64,000 nucleotides of DNA, from NCBI GenBank assembly GCA_965223845.1, contig CBDCXR010000004.1:3488001-3552000 (forward strand), written 5' to 3'. This document shows, piece after piece, positions 57,514-64,000 of this stretch (position 1 is the first letter of the stretch; each line of letters begins with the position of its first letter). The notes under the pieces were generated by a model that worked only from the letters and a program-made list of their open reading frames with translations, was not told where the DNA came from and ran no database searches. The position numbers and the translations under genes were made by a program. Origin of the DNA: Planctomycetota bacterium. GTDB taxonomy: Bacteria > Planctomycetota > UBA8108 > SXIK01.

Positions 57514-58122
57514 TCAGCTCGCGTCCGCGTAGCGTCTCCCGACCTCGTCCCAATTCACCACGTTCCAAAACGCCTCGATGTAATCGGGGCGGCGGTTCTG
57601 GTAGTTGAGGTAGTACGCGTGTTCCCAGACGTCGAGTCCGAGGATCGGAGTCTGACCGTTCGTCCGGGGGTTGTCCTGGTTCGCCGTGCTCGTCACGGCG
57701 AGCTTGCCACCGTCGACGACGAGCCACGCCCAACCGGAGCCAAAACGCGTTGCCGCGGCGTTCGCGAACTGCGCCTTGAAGTCGTCGAAGCTTCCGAAGG
57801 CCGCGTCGATCGCCGCCGCGAGATCGCCACTCGGCGCGCCTCCCGCTCCCGGTCCCATCACTTGCCAGAAGAGCGAATGGTTCGCGTGGCCGCCGCCGTT
57901 GTTCTGAACGGCACCCCGGATCGCGTCCGGAACGTCGGCGAGTCCGGCCACGAGGTCGTCGATCGACTTCGCGGCGAGGTCCGCGTGCCCGTCGAGGGCG
58001 GCGTTCACCTTGTCGATGTAGGCCTGATGGTGCTTCGTGTGATGGATTTCCATCGTCCGCGCATCGATATGAGGCTCGAGCGCGTCGTACGCATAGGGCA
58101 GCGGCGGCAATTCGTACGCCAT
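57514..58122 (-). CDS. sodA: Superoxide dismutase, Mn-type signature
   Basis: [47 protein letters not shown]. Start ATG 58122. Confidence 0.96.
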   Translation of the reverse strand: MAYELPPLPYAYDALEPHIDARTMEIHHTKHHQAYIDKVNAALDGHADLAAKSIDDLVAGLADVPDAIRGAVQNNGGGHANHSLFWQVMGPGAGGAPSGDLAAAIDAAFGSFDDFKAQFANAAATRFGSGWAWLVVDGGKLAVTSTANQDNPRTNGQTPILGLDVWEHAYYLNYQNRRPDYIEAFWNVVNWDEVGRRYADAS

Positions 58123-58236
58123 GACAGACTCCGCAGATCGGGTTGAGTCTTCCGAATCATTCGCGCTGCGGCCGTCGCCGCAGTCCGCGTAGGTCGGCTG
58201 CACCGCCGGTACGTTCGGCGCAGCGAGCGAGGATTC

Positions 58237-58269
58237 TAACCCGGATCTCTCGCCAGATTCTACTGCGCC
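58237..58269. repeat. 33-bp imperfect direct repeat, copy 2 (upstream of sodA)
   Basis: TAACCCGGATCTCTCGCCAGATTCTACTGCGCC; contains a minus-strand TAGAAT. Confidence 0.75.
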
Positions 58270-58291
58270 TCGCGTCGGCGCGGCAGATCGA

Positions 58292-59860
58292 TCAGAGGCG
58301 GTTGTTGACGAGCCGCCGCTCTCGATCGGCGATCTCGACCCCGAGCTGATAGACGAGCCGACTCACGCGTAGAATCTTGCCGTAGTTGATCTTGTCCGGC
58401 GTGTCGGTGACTTTGTGATAGTCGGGATGGAAACCCGCGAAGAAGAACGCGACGGGCACACCGAGCCGCGCGAAATTGTAGTGATCACTCCGGCGGTACA
58501 CCGACTCCATGTCGTACTCGAGCTCGAGTCCGACCGCGCCCGCCAGGCGCTGCACCCACGGATCGAGCTCGAGGCTGTGACGCCGCGACCCGACGACGTG
58601 AATCGTCGATTCGTTGTCCTCGGCCTTCTCGTCCTTCAGCTCCTCGTTCCGCCCGACCATGTCGAGCTGAATCTCGACGACCATCCGTTCGATCGGAAAC
58701 GGCGGGTGATCGGCGAAGTAACGCGAGCCGTGGAGACCCAGCTCTTCGGCGCCGAAAAACATGAAGACGAAGCTCCGACGCGGGCGCCGCTCGTTCTGTG
58801 TCAGCGCGCGCGCGACCGCGAGTACCGCGCTCACTCCGGAGGCGTCGTCGTCGGCGCCGTAGAAAATCTGATCGTTCCGTCGTCCCATGTGGTCGAGGTG
58901 CGCGCCGACGCCGACGTACTCGTCGCGGCGAGCCGCATCGGAGCCGCGGAGAACGCCGACGACGTTGCTCGACTCGAGTCGCCGTTCGTCGACGCCGACG
59001 TCGAGCTCGATCTCGAGCCCGCTCAGGGGGATCGCCTCCGGGCGCCGCCCATTCGCGAGCATCGCGCTCAGATCGCGACCAGCTCGAGCGAGGATCCGAT
59101 CCGCGACCGCGCGTGCGATGTAAACGACGCGCACGCCGTGTGGAATCCCGTCTCGCTCGAGCGCGAGCTCGATCGACTGGAGTCCCGTGCGGAGACCGCG
59201 CCCTCGCTCGGCTCGCGTATCGGAGACGATCACCAGACGGGTCGCCCCCCGGCGAATCGCCTCGACGTGCTCATCCCGAGTTCGCTCGGCTCGCGGAACG
59301 ATGAGAACGACGCTCTCGGCGAGATCGAATCCGCTGAAATCGTCGATCGCGTCGTCGCTCGCGCCCTCACCGAACCCGGCGAAGACCCACGGACGACGCC
59401 ACTCGATCGAGCCGATGCCGCGCGTCCCGACCGAGAGAGGGTCGATCTCTTCGGCCTCCCCGCTCGCGGAGACGATCTTCAGCCGCGCCTTCTGAAGGCC
59501 GCGACGCTGGACGAGCTCGAATTTTTGCAGATACGTGCCGTCGGCCGCACCCGGCTCGATCCCCCACGACTGAAGCATCGACGCGATGTACCGCGCGGCG
59601 ACCGCGTAGCCGCGCTGCCCCGTACCGCGCCCCTCGACCTCGGCGGATGCGAGGAACTCGAGCCACGCCCGAATCTCAGGTTCGCCCAGGTCGTAGAACC
59701 CGGGGTGGAACTCGGGCGCGAGCGAGGGGCTCGGAGCCGCCGCGGCCGGTGCGGCAGCGGGAGCCGCCGTATCGGCGAGGAGCGGCGGGAAAGCGAACAG
59801 AAGTCCCACCGCGAGGAAGAGCGCCGCACTCTTGGCGGCGACCGGCGTAGAGTTCGTCAT
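58292..59860 (-). CDS. M28 family metallopeptidase, secreted
   Basis: Signal peptide; [41 protein letters not shown]. Confidence 0.94.
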   Translation of the reverse strand: MTNSTPVAAKSAALFLAVGLLFAFPPLLADTAAPAAAPAAAAPSPSLAPEFHPGFYDLGEPEIRAWLEFLASAEVEGRGTGQRGYAVAARYIASMLQSWGIEPGAADGTYLQKFELVQRRGLQKARLKIVSASGEAEEIDPLSVGTRGIGSIEWRRPWVFAGFGEGASDDAIDDFSGFDLAESVVLIVPRAERTRDEHVEAIRRGATRLVIVSDTRAERGRGLRTGLQSIELALERDGIPHGVRVVYIARAVADRILARAGRDLSAMLANGRRPEAIPLSGLEIELDVGVDERRLESSNVVGVLRGSDAARRDEYVGVGAHLDHMGRRNDQIFYGADDDASGVSAVLAVARALTQNERRPRRSFVFMFFGAEELGLHGSRYFADHPPFPIERMVVEIQLDMVGRNEELKDEKAEDNESTIHVVGSRRHSLELDPWVQRLAGAVGLELEYDMESVYRRSDHYNFARLGVPVAFFFAGFHPDYHKVTDTPDKINYGKILRVSRLVYQLGVEIADRERRLVNNRL

Positions 59861-60708
59861 TTGCAGATGCGACTTTCGGGCTCGAAGACGTACGTGCGCT
59901 CGGGACGGCGGCGTCCCGCATTCCAGCTCCGCCTCGGACGCTCACTCCCGGATTCCGGCGCTTTGGCACGAGGCTCGCGTGCCCGAAGTTCGCCTCACGG
60001 CGGGAACTTGTTCGAGGTCGGGGATGGGCGATCCGTCCGGCGGCTCGATTGCCGCGCAGCGGCATCGAGGGTCCCGAACGAGTCCGGCCTGCACCGGCCC
60101 TGGGCAGAGAAGCGAAGGCTTGAAATACCACCCCACGAGGCTAGGATGGACGATTCTCAAGGAGAACGGCGCGAAAGTGAAGCGAGGAGCGGAGGAATCC
60201 CTCCGCACCGTCGAATCGCAGAGACGGGGTCGCCCCGGATGTTCGCGTCGCGGCGGGGACCACCGTCTTCACCGCACCACACGCTCGACTCGAGCGAGCT
60301 TCACCGCGCGGATCGCATGAAACATCGCGGCATTGAACTGGTAACAAGCGGCGGGGTCGCATCGGGCACCCTTCGGTCGCGCGAACGTCGCCTGGGTGCC
60401 GGCGCCCGACGGACCGACCGGTGTACCTGTACCAGGGGAGCGCGGCCGCGCTCCCAGCTCCTCCGAACTGGCTCTGCCTGAGGGCTCGGCCCGGTCTCGC
60501 GCCGAGCGACGACGAGAGACCGTCGTCGTCGACGATCGGAAGCTCTCGCCGCGCGCGCACCCGAGATCGCTCGTCAGCACGGCTCGTATCGAGCGCACGG
60601 ACTCGGGAGGCTGCGGCAAAGCCCGACGGACTGTCTCCCCCGAGGGTAGCGGCCTCAGGCGGCACCGCGCGGTGCGTCGGATCCGGCGTCCATTCTTTCT
60701 CAAATGCG

Positions 60709-62016
60709 ATGAATTACCTCTATCCGATCTTCCTCAAGCTCGAAGGACGCGACGTCCTCGTCGTCGGCGGCGGTCGCGTCGCCTCGCGGCGCATCGAGCG
60801 CCTCATCGAGACGGGAGCTCGCGTTCGCGTCGTGAGCCCGGAGGCGAGCTCGTCGGTCGAGGAGTCGTCGCGAGCGGGACGCCTCGAGTGGATTCGGCGG
60901 CGATTCGAGCCCCGCGACGTGACCCCGCAAACGACGCTCGTCCTCGTGGCGAGCGGAGATGAGTCGGTCGTCGACGCGGCCCGCCGCGCGGCCGCAGCGA
61001 CCGGCGCGCTATTCAATGCCGCGGAGGACGAGTCGCTTTGCGATTTCCACGTCCCCGCTGTCGCGCGCGAACGCGAAGTTCAGATCGCAATCTCGGCCGG
61101 CGGGCGGAACCCGTCGCTTGCTCGAAACATCCGACGTGAGCTCGATGCCTGGCTCCGCTCGAACGCGCCGGAGTTTCGCTCGTGCCGCCGTGCGGAGCGA
61201 CCCGAGAGTGCGCAGCCGGGGTGGGTCTACCTCGTCGGCGCCGGTCCCGGAAGTGCTGAGCTCGTCACCGTCCGCGCGCGCGACCTCCTTCGTTCCGCCG
61301 ACATCGTCTTCCACGATCGACTCGTCAGCCGCGAAATCCTCGACCTCGTTCCCGCAGACACGAAGCTCGTCTACGTCGGAAAGGAAGTCGGCGACGCGCA
61401 CCGCGAGAACATCGACCGATTGCTCGCCGAGGCGGCCGGCGCCGGGCGCGCCGTCGTGCGTCTCAAGGGTGGCGATCCGATGGTGTTCGGCCGCGGGGGA
61501 GAAGAGATGCTCCACCTTCGCCGCGCGGGGATCCCTTACGAGATCGTGCCCGGGGTCTCCTCCATCAGCGCGGTGCCGGCGGCCGCGCACATTCCGGTGA
61601 CGTTTCGCGGCGTGGCGAGCGAGCTCGTCGTGCGGAGCGGCCATCGCCTCCGGGACGAGGCTCCCGCGGACACGAACGACACGGTCGAGCGCACCTACGT
61701 TTACTTCATGGCGGTCTCGCGGCTCGACCGCGTCGTCGCCGAGCTCCGCCGCGAAGGCGTCGCCGGGTCGACTCCGTCGGCGATCATCGAGCACGGCACT
61801 TTGGGCGAACGGCAGCGACAGGTGGCGGCGGATCTCGTCGATCTCCCGGCGGCCGCACGGCGAGAGCAGATCGGCGCCCCCGCGCTGGTCGTCGTCGGCG
61901 ACGTCGTCCTCTTCCGCGAGCTGCGTCTATTCGAAGGCGATCTTCGAACCGTCGCCGAGGTTCCGGTGACGACGTCGTCGGCGAAGTCGCGATCTCCACA
62001 GGCGAGGACCCCATGA
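60709..62016 (+). CDS. cysG: Siroheme synthase (precorrin-2 dehydrogenase fused to uroporphyrinogen-III C-methyltransferase)
   Basis: YPIFLKLEGRDVLVVGGG, CDFHVPA, LVGAGPG, RLKGGDPMVFGRGGEE. Start ATG 60709. Confidence 0.92.
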   Translation: MNYLYPIFLKLEGRDVLVVGGGRVASRRIERLIETGARVRVVSPEASSSVEESSRAGRLEWIRRRFEPRDVTPQTTLVLVASGDESVVDAARRAAAATGALFNAAEDESLCDFHVPAVAREREVQIAISAGGRNPSLARNIRRELDAWLRSNAPEFRSCRRAERPESAQPGWVYLVGAGPGSAELVTVRARDLLRSADIVFHDRLVSREILDLVPADTKLVYVGKEVGDAHRENIDRLLAEAAGAGRAVVRLKGGDPMVFGRGGEEMLHLRRAGIPYEIVPGVSSISAVPAAAHIPVTFRGVASELVVRSGHRLRDEAPADTNDTVERTYVYFMAVSRLDRVVAELRREGVAGSTPSAIIEHGTLGERQRQVAADLVDLPAAARREQIGAPALVVVGDVVLFRELRLFEGDLRTVAEVPVTTSSAKSRSPQARTP

Positions 62017-62843
62017 GCGGTGCCGCGAACCCCGAGCGACCGACGAACGAACCCGACGCTCGAGCGCCCGCGCCGCTCGCGGCGGGTGAGTCTCTGCGCG
62101 ATGCCGTCGCGGCTGCCCGCGCGGCCGGGACCGATCGCCGGCCGTCCGAACTGATTCCCTGGGCGCACGCCCTCCTCGGCGACGGGCTCATGATGAGCAC
62201 GGCCTTCGGCAAGAGCGGAATGTGCATCCTCCACCTCGTGCACGAGCTCCAGCTTCCGATTCCGATCTACTTCATCGACACCGCCTACCACTTCCCCGAG
62301 ACCATCGAATACGCCGATCAGCTCCGCCGCGATTGGGGCCTCGAGCTCATTCTCGAGCGGCCGAAGATCTACGGCGTCGAGTTCGTGAAGAAGTTCGGTG
62401 ACAAGATGTACGAGACGGATCCCGACTTCTGCTGCCAGAAGAACAAAGTCGAGCCCTTCTCGAATCTCCTTCAGCGCTACCGCGGCTGGATCACCGGTGT
62501 CCGGCGCGATCAATCGTCGACGCGCGCGACGGCCGAGCCGATCGAGATCCTCGAAGGCGGCAAACTGAAGCTGCAGCCGCTCGCGTTCTGGACCCGGGAT
62601 GATGTCGACGACTACATCGCACGTCACAAGATCCCCCTCCATCCGCTGTTCTCTCAGGGGTATACGAGCATCGGTTGCGCGCCGTGCACGCGGCCGAACG
62701 CGGATGCCGCAAACGAGCGCGCGGGGCGTTGGGCCGGGAAGGCGAAGACCGAATGCGGGCTCCATACGTACTGGAAAAAGAAGGGAAAGGACGTGAGCCC
62801 GACCGCGGCCGACGCGTCATCCGCCGGCGAATCCGCCGACTGA
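62013..62843 (+). CDS. cysH: Adenylylsulfate (APS)/PAPS reductase, Fe-S type
   Basis: FIDTAYHFPET, CCQKNK, TGVRRDQ, SIGCAPCT, RAGRW, ECGLH; ATGA overlap with cysG. Confidence 0.93.
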   Translation: MSGAANPERPTNEPDARAPAPLAAGESLRDAVAAARAAGTDRRPSELIPWAHALLGDGLMMSTAFGKSGMCILHLVHELQLPIPIYFIDTAYHFPETIEYADQLRRDWGLELILERPKIYGVEFVKKFGDKMYETDPDFCCQKNKVEPFSNLLQRYRGWITGVRRDQSSTRATAEPIEILEGGKLKLQPLAFWTRDDVDDYIARHKIPLHPLFSQGYTSIGCAPCTRPNADAANERAGRWAGKAKTECGLHTYWKKKGKDVSPTAADASSAGESAD

Positions 62844-62885
62844 TCCTCGTCCGGCACCGGCCGTCTTCTCGTCGCCCCGTTGCCG

Positions 62886-64000
62886 ATGCTTCCCCGCGAC
62901 ACTCCGTTCTACGGTCGCACCGACGCGCCCCATATCGCCCCCGCGCGGTGCGCGGCGTCTGCCGACGCGTCTCTCGTGCCGACAGACGTTCAGACGGCCG
63001 ACGAACGTCCCGTTCCCATCCGCTTTCTCGGTGGCTGGGCCCTTCACCGCGGCGACGGACTCCGTGACGCGATCGACCTCGCGAGTGCGGCGGGAGCGAA
63101 TCGTGTCCTCTACAACGGTTGGGGCTGGACGCCGAACGAGCGCGTCCGTCCCGGCGACGCGGAGCTGACCGAGTACGCGCGAGCGCGAGGCGTCGAGCTC
63201 GTCTTCGAGCTGAGGCGCATGAGCTTCGGCACGCGATTCGACATACGCGAGCCGGGCGCGATCCTCAGCGTCTTCGACGACGCCGTCGCAAGCGGATTCC
63301 GGGTCTTCGGTTTCCTTTTCGACGATGTGCCGTGGGAAACCGCGGACGACGAGTGCGGTCTCATCGCGGCGATCGACGCGAGACTGACCGAGCACCTCGG
63401 CGAACCGCCCGAGCTCTACTGCTGCCCCCAATTCTACTGGAACCCCGGTGAGATGAACTCCGCTTGGACCGGGCGAGCGGACGCGGCCGAAATCGAACGA
63501 CAAGCTCGGTACCTCGAGACGTACGGAAGACGACTCCCGCCGAACGTGCGGATCTACATTGCGAACTACTGGGGAGGACACCCTCCGGGCTACGAATCGG
63601 CGCTCGATCGCGAATTTACGGCGCGAGTGGGCAGAAAGCCGATCTACTTCGACAACCAGCTCATCAATGACTACCGCTCGGGCGCGTTGCTGCCCGTACC
63701 GCTCGTTGCGCGACCGCGAGACTTCGCGGATCACTACGCCGGCTACTACTTGAATGCCCCGCGACCGTTCGCCGCATTCGCGCCCGCGATCGCATCCGCG
63801 CTCGTATACGCATCGTCTCCGGGGACGTACGACCCCGCGACGGCGATGGGGCGATCGATCGAGTGGCTCTACGGGCCATCGAACGTTCGCGTCGGGCTCG
63901 CGCGAGAGGCGTTCGAGCTGACAGCACAGCTCGCGACGGAGTGGGCGGGCGGAGTCCACACCGCGGTGGATCACTACCGCACGATCTGGTCCCAGCTGCG
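62886..64000 (+). CDS. Divergent GH84 (beta-N-acetylglucosaminidase/O-GlcNAcase-like) protein; 3' end truncated by the window edge
   Basis: Manual translation, not in the ORF track. Open from ATG 62886 to the edge: GFRVFGFLFDDV, YCCPQFY, YLETYGRRLPPNV, RKPIYFDNQLINDY, GYYLN, YASSPGTYDP, in GH84 motif order. Confidence 0.7.
   Translation, partial: MLPRDTPFYGRTDAPHIAPARCAASADASLVPTDVQTADERPVPIRFLGGWALHRGDGLRDAIDLASAAGANRVLYNGWGWTPNERVRPGDAELTEYARARGVELVFELRRMSFGTRFDIREPGAILSVFDDAVASGFRVFGFLFDDVPWETADDECGLIAAIDARLTEHLGEPPELYCCPQFYWNPGEMNSAWTGRADAAEIERQARYLETYGRRLPPNVRIYIANYWGGHPPGYESALDREFTARVGRKPIYFDNQLINDYRSGALLPVPLVARPRDFADHYAGYYLNAPRPFAAFAPAIASALVYASSPGTYDPATAMGRSIEWLYGPSNVRVGLAREAFELTAQLATEWAGGVHTAVDHYRTIWSQL

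Noticed and set aside
44041-60481. Long antisense or alternate-frame ORFs (44041-45942, 50898-52982, 58415-60481; likewise 24510-26207, 31929-33719, 34517-36199)
   Set aside because: They overlap well-supported genes, have no recognisable motifs, and are expected from stop-codon scarcity at high GC.
60470-60665. SAM-I-like (GAGGGCTCGGCCC) and c-di-GMP-I-like (GCAAAGCC...GGTAGCGG) fragments upstream of cysG
   Set aside because: Required partner elements are missing (ATC..GAG and GCAACC for SAM-I; GAAA tetraloop helix for c-di-GMP-I).
1-64000. tRNA, rRNA, integrase, transposase, prophage or defence genes
   Set aside because: No such motifs were recognised by eye; tRNAscan-SE and Rfam searches would be needed for formal exclusion.

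Overview
GC-rich (roughly 68-70% by eye) bacterial chromosomal window, most likely Planctomycetota (inferred from Cys-flanked dockerin-like C-termini, a PEP-CTERM protein, DUF3500/DUF362 Tat substrates and a MoxR-DUF58-BatA/vWA-prenyltransferase-fold cluster). Left to right: a truncated amidohydrolase-fold gene; a 29-aa membrane peptide; ilvN-ilvB; a dockerin-bearing secreted protein; a 15-kb, largely translationally coupled 8-gene MoxR/vWA operon whose three distal products carry Gln-rich tracts (one with ~61 QQSG(Q/E) units); a second dockerin protein; ROK kinase + PIG-L deacetylase + nagB; S9 peptidase; aldo/keto reductase; TetR-TolC-MFP-RND efflux operon; assorted housekeeping and envelope genes; sodA bracketed by a 33-bp imperfect direct repeat; M28 peptidase; cysG-cysH; and a divergent GH84-like gene running off the right edge. 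The two edge genes and the peptide are absent from the ORF track. I found no rRNA, tRNA, CRISPR array, integrase or transposase. Best leads: the MoxR/vWA envelope machine with glutenin-like repeats flanked by dockerin proteins, near-total lysine exclusion in predicted surface proteins, the repeat-flanked sodA cassette, the divergent GH84 behind cysH, and a GlcNAc operon without nagA. All family calls come from motif recognition by eye, not from database searches.
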